Shown: positions 15,150 through 29,990, counted from the stretch's first letter. The stretch is 64,000 nt of DNA from Eledone cirrhosa (GCA_964016885.1 OZ024749.1:46190001-46254000); one strand, 5' to 3'. Notes: generated by a model from the letters alone, not told the origin. Translations and numbers: made by a program.

Positions 15150-16020
15150 TAAATAGGAGGCCACACCTTATCACATGGCAATATTTAAATATAGATATCG
15201 GTTTAAATTAACATGTTAAAAACGCTACACAATATCTAGTCTAAGATGTATGATTTTCATTGAACTTGTTAACATGTGGAGATATATCCTAGTTCATTGA
15301 GCTCAGCTCAGAGTTATTTATCACATTTGTCCGATGGTAATAATTATTCTTTTATTTATAGTCAATATATCAGGACATTACTTATTGAATATAGTAGTGG
15401 GTTGATGCTATCTGTTGATATATAATATAACTTAATAGTGAGACTACATGTCAGTTGTCCATTTGCACTGATTGTGAATCTGGAATAGTCATTTAGTTAG
15501 GGATGAGATTCGTACAATTAAAATTCGAAATATTGTTTCTAGATGTAACGGAAATCTTTTGACACATTGGTGAATGTAATCTTGGCTAAATTATTATCTG
15601 TTTAATCTCACAAACTATTGGCCATGGGCTAGTTTCCTCTTTTTGTTTTGCTGCGCTGTAAAATAGAATTCCATTATACATTAATATTTATCTAATTATT
15701 AAGGGGAAATTGTTCTCACTAATCGATTTCTCTTCTGATAGTTATTGAGCTTGTTTTAATAATTTATTTCTAACTTAAAGCAGTATCCATTTTGATATGG
15801 CTTCATTCAGATATAATGTTAGTATTGGAACATCTTTATTAAGATGGTGCTTCAACAGAATTTCAATGTATTTCGTTAATAAAATCATGACACGCTAATG
15901 TTTCTTTTCACCTATTTGATGTGACCAATAATAGCCTGATTCACTAATAGTTATTCTTTACAACGATTCAGATTAATCTGGTAACTCGTCTGATGTTCTT
16001 ATATATTAATATTTCCTAGG
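15150..16020 (-). mobile_element. Possible ancient LINE endonuclease relic
   Basis: Non-repetitive A-rich minus strand with weak APE-like peptides and many stops. Confidence 0.2.
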
Positions 16021-16158
16021 TAATATACGTGTAGGAGGTTAAGAAACTATTAAACATTTGAATTTGAAGCAGCCAGATGTTATCACAGGATGTTAAAAAA
16101 TCTCTGTCTGTATGTATATTTGTCTATCTCTCCATCTCTCTCCATATCCCCTCTCTCT

Positions 16159-16204
<46 letters not shown>

Positions 16205-16769
16205 ATCTCTCTCTCTTTCTCTCTCTCACACGCTTATACATACATACATACACACACACTCACACACTCACACACTCACACACACACACACACATATATG
16301 TATATATATGAACATATATATGTGTGTGTGTATATATAAACAAATAGTAAAAAGGAAAAATACAGTAGAAAATGCGAGAGGGACTTTTTCAGTATAACGT
16401 CGAAATATTTATTTATATGCTTTTTCAACTACGAAAGTGTATAGTGCAGTTAAATTGCATATTTATACGAATTTATACGAATAATAATAAAATGGAGAAA
16501 AAATGTTTAGTATTTAAATACATGTTTAGAGAGAAAAGTTCATATTTTTGTCCGTAGTATTGTTCGTGTCGATTGGATTATGGTTGATTTGAAAGAATGT
16601 GATTATTGTCAATTGACATTGACGTGTGAAAGGATTTCTGTTTGAATCTATTTCTGCGGCTGCGTAAAATAACATAAATAATATAGACCGTAGAGACCGT
16701 ATTTTAAACACTTTTAGACTGGATGTAACTTGATACATATTATTAATTGTTGTACGCCTATATAATAAG

Positions 16770-17360
16770 ATGGATTGCCAGAATCTTTAGTACATCGGAT
16801 GAAACGCTTTACGTTACGTCCTTTTACATTTTGGTTTTGAAACCAGCTGAGGTCAACATTACCTTTCATTCTTGCGGGTTCGATGAAATAAATCGACTGT
16901 GAAGCCTTGTGCCTAAATTAGAAGCCATTATTATGAAGGGTTGATAAAATAAAGTACCAGCAACACATCGGGGTCAATTTCATCAACTTCACCCCTCACC
17001 TAAAATTGCTAAACTTATGTCTAAATAAGAACCCATTATTATAATCAAAGTTAATCTCAAATCCCGTCAACGTTAACTTTGCCTTTCATCCTTACGGGGT
17101 CGATAAAATAAAGTACCAGTAATACATTGGTTAATTGCTGGCATTGTGCCAAAAGTAGAAACAATTATTATAAGGGCGGTGGATTGGCAGTATCGGTAGA
17201 GCGTCAGACACCATGCTTTGCAGCATAGCACTTTATGTACTGAGTTCAAATCCCACCGAGATTAACTTTGCCTTTCATCCTTACAGCGTCGATAAAATAA
17301 AGCACCAGTAATGTACTGGGATAATTGCGGGCCATGTGCTAAAAGGAGAAACAATCATTA
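16770..17360 (+). mobile_element. Head-to-tail array of ~4 SINE copies/fragments
   Basis: Core repeated at ~16850, ~16940, ~17075 and ~17265. The last copy is full length. Confidence 0.85.
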
Positions 17361-17859
17361 TAAGGGGGGAAATGATGCAGTTGAAGGAGATAATAATAAA
17401 AATAAAGATGATGATGAGCATGATAAATATGATGATGATAAATGTGGTGATAATAAATATGATGATGATGATGATGATGATGATGATAATGTTCAAATGT
17501 GGGTGTTGAAACATATGAAAGGGATTTGAAATGAAAATATTGTTATATATTCTATTTTGTATTAAACATTATATTTATATTTTTATAACCACGAAGATGT
17601 GAATTGAATTGAATCGTTTCTAGGGAATTGGATAATTAATTTGTTAGTGAAAGTAATGTTGCTGCTGTCGAGGATAAAGAATGTTACTAGGATTACTATT
17701 TTTATTACTAATTCCTTTATAACTATTTTTTTTATTACATTTAACATTCTTGTTGTTGTTGATGTTCTTCTTCTTCTTCTTCTTCTTCTTCTTCTTCTTC
17801 TTCTTCTTCTTCTTCTTCTTCTTCTTCTTCTTCTTCTTCTTCTTCTTCTTCTTCTTCTT

Positions 17860-17891
<32 letters not shown>

Positions 17892-18173
17892 GAAAGATAA
17901 TCTAAAAATTATTCAAAATAATAGTAACGGTACAAGTAGTAGTATTAGTAGTAGTGTTATTAATAATAATAAGAAATATAATAATAATATTAGTATTGTT
18001 ATTTACTATTATTTTTATTATTACACTAAGTATATATATATATATATATTTTTTTTTTTTAGTCTAAATGTTTGGCTTCTTATTTTTATCAGTATCATCT
18101 TCTTAATCTAATGTAATTTATTATTGATATCAAAATGATAAAATGTCAGTTAACGTAGAAATTATTTTAGATT

Positions 18174-18245
<72 letters not shown>

Positions 18246-18270
18246 CATACATGCACACACACAGACAGAT

Positions 18271-18352
<82 letters not shown>

Positions 18353-19002
18353 AGAGAGATAGAGAGAGACAGAAAGGGAATAAGAATGAGAGAGTGAGAG
18401 ATTAAAGCAAGCTTGCATCCTAAATGAAAGGGGGAGATAGAAATAGTTGTTCATACTTTTTTTTTTTACTCAATTTTGCCATATCTATTGTTCCAAAATT
18501 CCATTCATAGTGTTTCATAATTTACTCAGATTTTTAATATTTTTTTATAATATTTACAGTTTTTATTTCCTTAAATCTAGATAGATTTCGAAATTGTTCC
18601 TTTTCTTTGAAGAATTTTTATATTCCCTTGATAAAATCGGATATTATTTCTCTTTTACATTTTCCGTTTCATATTTTCATTCTGTTTGTGACTGATTTTA
18701 ACTCAATTAAGCAACAAAAAGTTTTTTATAGTTTCTGATCTTCCCGTTTTCTTTGACTATGTCTTTTTATCAATCACTCTGTAAGTCCCTTCCTCCCAGT
18801 CCCAAGATTTCAGTTTATATATTTATCTGTCTATCTATCCATCCACCCGTTCATAAATCTCTCTGTTTCACTCACTCTCTCACAATCTATCCATCCATCC
18901 ATCTATCGATCCATCCATCTATCTATCGATCTATCTATCGATCTATCTATCTATCTAACTATCTAACTATCTATCCATATATATATCTATGTCAGCCTGT
19001 AG

Positions 19003-19082
19003 GTTGAGGAAGAGGAGGAAGAGGAGAAAGGAGTGCTCACTCTTCGTACTCCGGGAGATGAGGGTTGCACATTTTTTCGGGG
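19003..19082 (+). CDS. Candidate internal exon (LRKRRKRRKECSLFVLREMRVAHFFG)
   Basis: 80-nt GC-rich island bounded by cctgtAG and G|gtatgt. Phase 2 in, phase 1 out, compatible with the neighbouring candidate exons. Confidence 0.45.
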
Positions 19083-19285
19083 GTATGTGTCACCCATAGT
19101 TAATGTCTCCCCCCTATTGGGGAAAATCGAATATTTTTTCTTTAATTTTCATCTGTGACATTGTTTTACACGTTTTTATTGAATGTAAACTTGCCCCGTT
19201 GTATTTTTCCCCTTCTTTTGTGCCCTTGTGGCTAATAAAGAAATATATCTATCCATCAATCTCTCTATATCTCTATGTAACTTTC

Positions 19286-19323
<38 letters not shown>

Positions 19324-19544
19324 TATATAGTTATATATATGTATGTTTGTGTAGTTGTCATTGTGCATATGTGTGTTTAAATCTTTGTGTATGTATGTAT
19401 ATGTGTATGTGTCTGTGTCTGTGTGTGTATTGTATTCTAGCATAAATATATATTGTTTATTTAAATACGATGTAATTTAAATGATCTACACACAAATTAT
19501 TTTAATCAGTTAATATTGTTAGTTGTTTTCTTCACACCTATATA

Positions 19545-19725
19545 TAATTGTTTCTACTTTTTGGCACAAAGCCAACAATTATCCCAGTGTATTACTGGTA
19601 CTTTATTTTATCGACCCCGTAAGGATGAAAGGCAAAGTTAAGCTCGGCGGGATTTGAATTCAGTCTGTAAAGGGACGTAACTGTGCTGCAAAGCATGGTG
19701 CCCGACCCTCTACCGATACTGCCAA
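19545..19725 (-). mobile_element. tRNA-derived SINE, near full length
   Basis: Matches the family consensus on the minus strand. Confidence 0.9.
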
Positions 19726-20162
19726 TAATGGGCTAAATTAATTATGTATTTATAAATATATTCTAGGGATAACATATCTGTCAAGATTACAATATGTTTC
19801 AAAAATATAGACGGTTGCAAAGTTAGGCGAAAACGATTGTTTCTTTCAAAAACTTCAAAATATCTTTGAAGTTTCCGAAAAAGCTTTTTGTTGCAACTGT
19901 TAATATATTTGTTTTTAATGGACCTCCACCTCCACCTCCTCCCCTCCTCCTCCTCCCCCTCCTCATCCCCCTTCTCCTCCTCCTCCTCATCATCATCGTC
20001 ATCATCAACAACAACATCAATATCACCATCATCCGCCTCATCATCATCCTTCTTCTTCTTCTTCTTCTTCTTCTTCTTCTTCTTCTTCTTCTTCTTCTTC
20101 TTCTTCTTCTTCTTCTATACACAAACATGCACGCATACATAACATGCATATATATATATATA

Positions 20163-20259
<97 letters not shown>

Positions 20260-20264
20260 TTATG

Positions 20265-20329
<65 letters not shown>

Positions 20330-20379
20330 GCATATATATATATATACATATATGAACATATATGAACATAAATACATAC

Positions 20380-20432
<53 letters not shown>

Positions 20433-20726
20433 ACATATTTTCTCTTTAAGCATTGTGTATATTAATATAGACGTGGATCATTTGTAAAGATTTACATTGT
20501 TGAATTATTAAGCATAGGTTTTAAGTAAGCCATTTGTTAAATGCCCAGTTTCCACGTCAAAATAGCAGAGCATAATTTTTAAAACCATACAAAACAGCCA
20601 TTGCATAAACTATTGCTTCCACATCCGGTATTTATTTATGTTACAGCTGACTTCCATATAAACTGCCATATTCATACATGCACCCACACCAGCATATAGA
20701 ATTAATATTGTGTGCTTATGCGAGTG

Positions 20727-20800
<74 letters not shown>

Positions 20801-21296
20801 CATAAATATATTTATATATATTTAATAATAATATTAATAATATATATGTGTGTGTGTTTGTGTGTGTGCGCCATGTCTAATTATGAACACATTTGTTTGT
20901 GTGTAGCAGTGTGTGTTATGCTTTACAAGTGCATTCCTTGTGCAACAATGCAATAATGCACAATTACTATAGATGTTGTAACATTTCCGTTCGGATCTCT
21001 TATAATATATAATTCTATATTTTTCCTACTTCACATTTTACGATGTCTTAAATAGTTTCGCTTTTGTGCTTATTGTTTGATCCTTTAAAAGTTTTATATA
21101 TTCGAGTATTTCTTCCTCAAACTTGCAAAATATTGTATTCTGCATATACAATCAGGTACATGCATAGGCATTCATACAAACATACATAGATATACATACA
21201 TACATACATACATACATACATACATACATACATACATACATACATAAATACATATTATACATACACATAGACATACGCCTGTAAGTATATAGCTGG

Positions 21297-21329
<33 letters not shown>

Positions 21330-21392
21330 TTGTATCTATCTATCTATTTATCTATCTATCTATATATCTATCTGTATATCTACCTATATATA

Positions 21393-21453
<61 letters not shown>

Positions 21454-21454
21454 T

Positions 21455-21507
21455 GAGATTCTACAGGACTAGTACTGTTTCATTCTTTAGAAATCATCAG
21501 GAATCTC
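21455..21507 (-). ncRNA. Type I hammerhead ribozyme motif
   Basis: Minus strand: gagattc CTGATGA tttctaaagaat GAAA cagtactagtcctg TA gaatctc. 7-bp stem I and near-palindromic stem III. The stem II closing pair is U-U instead of G-C. Confidence 0.8.
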
Positions 21508-21553
21508 GATCCAACCCGGAATAAGGTATATATATATATTATGTATTTGTATC

Positions 21554-21588
<35 letters not shown>

Positions 21589-21605
21589 CTATCTATATAT
21601 CTACC

Positions 21606-21754
<149 letters not shown>

Positions 21755-22049
21755 TTGTATCTATCTATCTATCTATTTATCTATCTATCTATATATCTAT
21801 CTATATATCTACGTATACATATATATATATATATATATGTATGCTCATCTGTACGCCTATGTGTATGCTTGTGTGTAAGTGTGTGTGCATGTATGTGTAT
21901 GTAAGTATACATACATGCATATACGTATGTAAGTATTTATTTACCTATGAGGTAGTGACAATACCAGAATCAATATCAAAGACAGTGACATTGATAGGTT
22001 GAGAGAGAGGAAAGAAGAATTAAGATAATTATACGAAGCTTCTGTTTGC

Positions 22050-22760
22050 AGTGTGTATGAATTTCATCTTTTACGACATGCTAATAAAGGAACATGTCAG
22101 TAAACTTCGTATGTAAAAGACGAACGTCCTGGGGTCTCTGGCATTGCTTCATTCATCAATCCTTTACAGATCGTAAATCTATAACAGTTAAAATCACATT
22201 GTATTTCCTTCTATTTTATTTCACTTTCAAATCGTATATATACAACACCATATTTTATTTATCTAGAATTAATTTAATATGGCAGTGGAACCTAGCATTT
22301 TATATTTATCGTGTAAATTCTTTGCTATGTTATTTTTATTCATGCATTTTTATTCTACAATCTAATGTTTCTTTCAGTTATATTGTCTTCCAAGTTGTTA
22401 TATCTGATATCATTGTTTGTACATTTGGCACTGATATAATGCATCTTGACATTATCTAACATTGCATTGTATTATTCATATGTTTACATTCTATATTGTG
22501 TAACATATTCAACATGCTAAACTATCAAACCTACTACATATTCTTTCGTAGTATTACAGAATATAACATGCAATTCAAACATCATCAAATTTGTTCTGCG
22601 CATTCTTCCTTTCTTTCTAAATGTTAGATGAAATATCATTTAGTTTGATTGAATTCAATATTACAGTGCACTAATTCCATTTTCTATGTTACACTTCAAA
22701 AATTACTATATGTAATACAATTTTATATAATTCGACAACTGAAGGTATTTTACTATTTCT
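22050..22760 (-). mobile_element. Possible decayed hAT (Buster/Charlie-like) transposase relic
   Basis: Fragments VVYIRFESEIK and DVRLLHTK resemble V.VRY..I.EE and LLHTEVRW. Heavily mutated. Confidence 0.25.
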
Positions 22761-23111
22761 TTCACTTTCTTAAATAATGGTTTTGAAATCAAATATTTAT
22801 GTTCTCTTGCATGAGATATTTCTTTAAATATTATTCACTATGTCAATGTGTCCGTTCCCAATTGCCATTTTACGTATAACTATAGGAGAAAATCATGCAT
22901 AAATATCTTGGAGTCATTGTACAAATAAAGGGTCGAGCAAGCCATACTGTACCTTGGTCATCAAGGCACAGCATAGCATTATATGGACGTTTGCTTGCAA
23001 ACGAATCGGATGTTATTACCATTATTCGATATAACCCATAGGTACATATGTATATATGTATGGGGTGTATGTGTGTATGTGTGTATGTACTACGTATGCA
23101 TACTTACATTT

Positions 23112-23171
<60 letters not shown>

Positions 23172-23175
<4 letters not shown>

Positions 23176-23618
23176 TGTTATACTTTGGGAGGGTCATGTT
23201 GCCAATAAGAAACACACACACCAGTTGCTTTCACTTCAATTTAATATTATAAATTTATAAATTTAGGAATTTATAAATTTCCAGTTGGTTGGTTGGTTCC
23301 ACAACCAGATGGTTGTTTATATATTGTCAAAGTTCTTTCGTCACACATTATGTGACCTCTTCAGTGACTGGGGATTCTTTTCTTTGTTTTTGTGCCTCTC
23401 CTTTGTTCTGTCCTACGCCATCTTGTTTCAGAAACAAGATGGCGTAGGACAATATAACTTTGACAATATATAAACAACTATCTGGTTGTGGAACCAACCA
23501 ACCAACCGGAAATTTATAAATTCCTAAATTTATGAATTTATTATATTAAATTGAAGTGAATGCGACTGGTGCGTGTGTTTCTTATTGGCAACATGACCCT
23601 CCCAAAGTATAACAATAT
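23172..23618. repeat. Inverted repeat, ~160-bp arms (23172-23334 / 23456-23618) with inner 21-bp hairpin
   Basis: Direct reverse-complement match read by eye. Confidence 0.95.
23326..23368 (-). ncRNA. Minimal type I hammerhead ribozyme motif
   Basis: Minus strand: gtca CTGAAGA g gtcaca-taatg-tgtgac GAAA gaac TT tgac. Confidence 0.75.
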
Positions 23619-23777
23619 CGGTTTCAACACACGTTTTCAGATAAAGAATCTTGCTAAGCAAATACAGAAACGAAATATATATATATATATGAACATATAT
23701 ATATATATATACTTTTATATATACATATACATATAATATATGTATCTATATTTATATAGGAATATACACACGAACAC

Positions 23778-23830
<53 letters not shown>

Positions 23831-24182
23831 TGTGTGTGTGTGTGTATAAATGTATATGTATATACATTTACTACATACTTACAGAAAGTGTGTTAAACAA
23901 ACAGAGGTCTGTACAAACATTTGAATAACACCGCTAATTACAAAAGCACTCTTTAATCAAAACATTTATTTACAGCCTCTAACACTCCCCGATAAAACTC
24001 TTCATAGATATTCCCGTCTTGTGTTTGTATTAACATATTATAAATCGATTAACGAAATGGTTTTACGTGAATATAAATGTAAACACAGATAAACGCTCAC
24101 GCACAAACTCAGATAAAAATAAATGTATGTATGCGTGATGTATAATGATATGTAAATATCTATATATCTATCTATCTAAATA

Positions 24183-24240
<58 letters not shown>

Positions 24241-24244
<4 letters not shown>

Positions 24245-24390
24245 ATATATGAATACAACACAACACTTGAGGCAATTTTTACACAGTTTATTAAGTTCAT
24301 GGTTGGTGGAAGTCGAGGAAGTTTCGACGTTTCGGACGGAAGACCTTCTTCATGTAAATTCGGATTAAGAGGGAACAGATACACTTAAGA
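24241..24390 (-). mobile_element. PLE pseudo-LTR fragment with decayed hammerhead (24322-24357), next to (TA)n
   Basis: Minus strand ATGAAGAaggtcttccgtccGAAAcgTC followed downstream by AATAAA. Confidence 0.45.
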
Positions 24391-25327
24391 TTATATATAT
24401 ACATCGATAGATATACAGTGATTTCGAATTTACAAGACGTGTTTTCCTTGATAAGGCCCGCGCTGAAATTGAGAAGACTATGCTACATTTTTCTCCACAG
24501 AATTAATCTAACCCTTTGTTTTCCCATATATCGAGTGCTTATTCTGTTAATTGGCGTATAACTTTTGTACAGTGAAATTAGGTGTTTGAAAAGACCGTCG
24601 TATGTTCTGCTGATTCCATCGGCAGAGACATTTGTACATAGGATATAAGCTACATATACTATAATTCAATGAATCTACAAAAATACTTCAGTAATGCTGG
24701 TGTAGTCACTGCCCCTGTCTCTCTCGTTATCCCCATATCTCACTATTATAAGCAAATTGGGGTCCAAATCGGTCACCCCCCACCCCTCCCCGTGACCCCA
24801 GCGAACAGAATACAAAAGGCGTTTTTCCGGAGCCCAGAGAAGGATGATGAGAAAGACTTGTTGGAAGAGCCATTCCCGTTCATGAGACTCAAACCTGCGG
24901 GAAGCCAACAGTGTGCGCATGGTGGTAGGTAGGGCTAAGGAAACCAGAAGTATCCACTTTTACGAGCTCAACCACAAACATGTTCAAAAGTGACCTATAT
25001 TTAGAGAGTTTATCTTCATCGCCTGTATTAGTCGCAGACAACAGCAGATTAACGCTGGAAAAGGATGGTTCAGTTGATAGAATGACTAAATATTCAACAT
25101 CAAACAGACGGAGATCCATTTACTTGGCTTGATAAATGCTGTGTATGCCATACCCAACAGTTTCTTGTCCTTGAGTTCAATTTTGAAAATCGATTTTCTT
25201 GAGGATGTACGTCAACTACATTTCCTAACTAACAAGAAATTGATTTCTGAAGTAGTAGTAGTAGTAGTAGTAGTGGTAGTAGTAGTAGTAGTAGTAGAAT
25301 TGGTAGTAGTAGTTGTAGTAGTAGTTA

Positions 25328-25390
<63 letters not shown>

Positions 25391-25409
25391 CAGTATATTT
25401 ATATTATTT

Positions 25410-25516
25410 TATTAATTGTTTCAACTTTTGGCACAAGACCAGCAAAATACCCAGTGTATTACTGGTACTTTATTTTATCGACCCCATAAGGACAAAAAGG
25501 CAAAGTCAACCTCGGC
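25410..25516 (-). mobile_element. SINE 3' half
   Basis: ttttggcacaagaccagc..ggtactttattttatcgacccc..aaaggcaaagtcaacctcggc. Confidence 0.85.
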
Positions 25517-27191
25517 TCTACTAATACTGGTGCTCTTATAGATATTATTTGGGCTGTTACTGCTGCTACTGCTGCTACTACTGCTGCTGTTCTTGTTGTT
25601 GCTGTTGTTGTTAATATATTAATGTTGTCGAAATTGCTGTTCCTGTTCATACACTTATTTTTGCTGTTGTTGTTGTTGCTGCTGTGGTTGATTTTGTTTA
25701 TCATTATATATATTGTATATGTTACTGATTACTTTTGCTGTTATTATTGTTGTAGTTGTCATTGTTGTTGTTGCAGTTGTTTATTTGTCATTGTTATGTA
25801 TTTTATTTCTGTTTCTGCTGTTTTCGTTGCTGTTTTTATTATTGTTGTTGTTGCTATCGTTGCTGTTGTTGTTTTGCTTTTGTTATATATGTTATTACTG
25901 TTTTTTTTCTGTAGTCGTTGTTGTTATTATTATTGTAGTCGTTGCTGTTATTATTGTTGTAGTTGTTGCTGTTGTTTTGTTTTTGTTATATATGTTATTG
26001 ATGTAGTCGTCGTTGTTATTATTGTTGTAGTTGTTGTTATTTTCGTTGTTTCTGTTGCTGTTGTTGTTAATGTTAATTGTGTTCTTGTTGCTGCTAGATC
26101 CATCTATTGTTGATCAAGTCGTCTCTAGCAATTAACAAGCCCATCGAACAATTGCTGACTAACTCCCATCCACCCCTCTCGGCTCACCCAGACACACTAC
26201 TATTTCTAGCTACACAATCACCACACTTCCTTTCCCCACTTCACACAGCACCACTACTACCACCGTCATCACCAATATCAACAATCCTGCTCTCAGTCAC
26301 ACTATTATTACCACTAACACACACATACACACACCACACACATTCACCCTCAAATCACCATAAACTCCACAACCACTACCACCATCAACAGCACCACTAC
26401 AATCTAGACCACCACCCGTATTACATCCTAGACCACCTACCCCACACAAACTATTATTACCAGCACCAGAAACCACTTTTCCATTCACCTAACTATTACG
26501 AGATATTTATAATGATAGATCCATCGTCGTTTGTTGCGGGGAGCATTTACTTGTGCTGTGAATTGAAATACCTAATCATTAAATCAATATATACATGGTT
26601 GAGTATTCCACAATCATATGGATCTAAGCGCTGTTTTATAGTCTTATTCGTGTAACACAATACGTACCAAGGCTAGATCGTTAGATTCTATTTTATTCAA
26701 GTCTCCATACTTCCATTCTACACCATATCCATCACAAAACTTTTATCAATGCGAAACTGTGGTAAAAACATTTACCCAAGATACGACTCGTGGGAATCGA
26801 ACACAGGAATTATCATTTCTGAGTCTGCATCTCTTAAACACAGAACTACCAACAATTCAATCTAGTATATGTATATCCATTACCTATAACTATACATCGT
26901 CACAAGCACATTCTTACGCATATTGTCAGCACCAATACCATCTTATGTGTTTGTATCCCAAACCAGCATGACCCCCCCCCCTCCCCACCGCAACAATCAA
27001 CATCGCCATTAACGATAACACTTAAACCAGGTACAATGTTGACATGTGTGTGTATGTGATGACCCTATGATAAACAGGCGAAACTTAAGAGAAACAAGAC
27101 TCACTTTTTAGCCTTAATATAATTGAATATTAAAATTCTAATTCGGTATTGAGTACTCCGTATTTTAGCCGTCAAACCCATATGGATATAT

Positions 27192-27265
<74 letters not shown>

Positions 27266-27267
<2 letters not shown>

Positions 27268-27505
27268 AAGGCGGGTAAAATTCCCGAGATCCATGGACGA
27301 GTTCTCTCCAGCGGTCTCTGTCCCTCATTATCGCTGCCATGTCCTGCGTCTCCAACAGACCAGTGTCTGTTAACGTATGTTGATACCCTAAGGGTATCAA
27401 CATACGTTAACCTTGGTCTTCCTATTCTAGTGTGGCATTTGGTGGGATGTCTTTACAACACATTTTTGACCAATCCTTTTGACAATTACTATTTTCCCAT
27501 ATAAG
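27266..27505 (-). mobile_element. RTE-like LINE extreme 3' fragment ending in (TA)n
   Basis: Minus strand reads GRPRLTYVDTL..DTGLLETQDMAAIMRDRDRWRELVHGSREFYPP*, interrupted by a 21-bp inverted duplication. Confidence 0.7.
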
Positions 27506-27909
27506 GAATTACCCCCTGAGAAGTTCGGCTATTTATTTACCAGGCTAAACATTCTTATTTAGTCCAGAATTAGCCATCGAAAAGGCTTGAGCTCTGCCGT
27601 CGAGGTCATACTTGTTCCTATTACCCACTCTACTACTCTAAGTAATGAGTACTTTGATTCGTTATGGTTCATCTGGTTCCTTACCACATTTCCTTCGTTA
27701 TATATATATATTAGAAAAGGCAAATAAGGTTCTATACAAAACAGTGGATATAGAGAAAAGGTGAATTTGGAAAAAGCACAGAAAATATTTTTATGGGTCT
27801 GTTCTTCTTAATTTATCCTTTCTTTGATTCGTTAAAGTGACATTATTGAAAAAAATGAGATAGACAATTCTCTCTCTCTCTCTGCCTCTCTCTCTGCCTC
27901 TCTCTCTGC

Positions 27910-28066
<157 letters not shown>

Positions 28067-28103
28067 TAGTTTCATAGGTTCACAACAGTTAGTTCATCAT
28101 TGG

Positions 28104-28142
28104 CGAGAGCATTTGTTTCACCTTATTCGGATCATCAGCTCG
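28104..28142 (-). ncRNA. Degenerate hammerhead motif
   Basis: cgag CTGATGA tccgaataaggt GAAA caaatg CT ctcg. The conserved U of UH is replaced by C and stem II is weak. Confidence 0.5.
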
Positions 28143-28194
28143 TCCCATGGACTGAGTGGCCTACTACTACGAATATAACCGAACACTGTTCTAC

Positions 28195-28242
<48 letters not shown>

Positions 28243-28510
28243 GAGAGGTATAGAGATTGTTTTAGCAAGAAGCTAACGGCATTCTATAACATATATGCGA
28301 CTATAACGTCAAGATGGGAAAAGTAGTTAACGAAAGATTTAGGAAAAATAACTCAAACTCATCTCAAAAGAGAATCAGGATATAAATTCATCCACAGAAT
28401 TTAGTAAAATCCAGGGAAAAATCTATAGACCTTTAACTCATGATAAAATACAGTTTGAAACACTTATCCTTCAATTTGGAATAACATCAAATGCTCTGTA
28501 TAGTCTTAAA

Positions 28511-28570
<60 letters not shown>

Positions 28571-29149
28571 GTGTGTGTCAGTGTATATATATGTCATCTC
28601 CTATATATTCTTCTCAATGTCACACACCACAACCAACATCAAAACAACACCACCACAACCACCACCACAACCACCACCACTACCACCACCACCACCACCA
28701 CCACCACCACCACCACCACCACCACCACCACCACCACCACCACCACCACCACTAACAACACCACCACCACCACTATAGAAATAATTCAAATAGCAATTAA
28801 GTAATTGAAGTGCGCTTTAAAAGATACCAAACAATGAGATAGTCGCTGAGAGTCCATCACCAGCACCAGTAGCACCACCACGGGCTCCATCAGCATATTA
28901 CTTCCTCCACTCTAGTGCTAACACAACTATTATTATTACTTTTCTACAATAGACATTACGTACATGACGAATAACAAAACAATACTAACGCCCATACCAA
29001 AGTAATACTATGACAACTAAGAAAGATTCTTACAGCAATATTAAAGTATGCTTCACTACTACAAACGTGAACACCACTAGCGTGACCACTAGAATCACTA
29101 ACAACAACAGTAGTGCCATTAACAGTATCACAGCTGAAATCCATTTAAG

Positions 29150-29990
29150 GGAATTTTACGCATTTCCAGTGAAGCTAATTTCCTTCAGTATATATTTGTC
29201 GAATCGTGTATATGGTAAATCTTACTTGTCGCTCTATGATTCTAATACATATATGAAATGCAGTATTTCTGAGACTCGTCATATTACGAATGATATGATC
29301 TTGCAATCTAAGCTCAAGAGATAACTACAGGATACTTTATGTACAAAAATATAATGAAAACATGTGAAAAACTTGGAGTCTGGTTTCGATGTCGAGCTCC
29401 TGGTTTTGAAGGAAAGGCTTTAAAAATTGTTGATCATCTGACAACAATTGGTCAGATAATATTGATTCAATCAGAATGGTTGCATGCAAGCAGTTCAGAA
29501 AAGGAATAAAATTGAGATTTATAAAATACGAATACATTGATAAATGAATAAATAAGTATAGACCCCAATGGTTATCCATGTGACCGTCTTTCTCAACAGA
29601 CGATCCCTTATGCAATTATTTTAATGTCTATTTTCAATGCTTTGACCTAACACTTTGCGGGTACATATTTATATAGAGATATACATCCATAAAAATTCAC
29701 TTTACTGTGTGTTAGAATCAAATACCACAGTACATATGAAATATGCTTCCACCATGAGGCAACAATATATATTTTGTTATTGATGTTGTGATGGTTGTTT
29801 AACACCAGGTTCGAAAACTGATCGTGTAAACCTATCGCAAAATGCATTCCTACCCGAATGATACGAGACATTTTGTAAATCGAGATTTTCCGCTGTAACC
29901 TGCTTTGTTTGAGAATATAATAGTGCGACTGGAGTAAGATTTGGCTGTTATTTCTAGTTAGCCGTACAACCATTAATGACATCATTTGCC
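29150..29990 (-). mobile_element. Decayed hAT-like transposase relic
   Basis: Ordered degenerate motifs LTRNNSQI (~TDNASN), HDQFSNLVLN (~AH.LNL.V), DNHWGLY (~TRWNS.Y), QQFLKPF..ETRLQVFHMF (~LKPF...PT.H). Confidence 0.4.
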
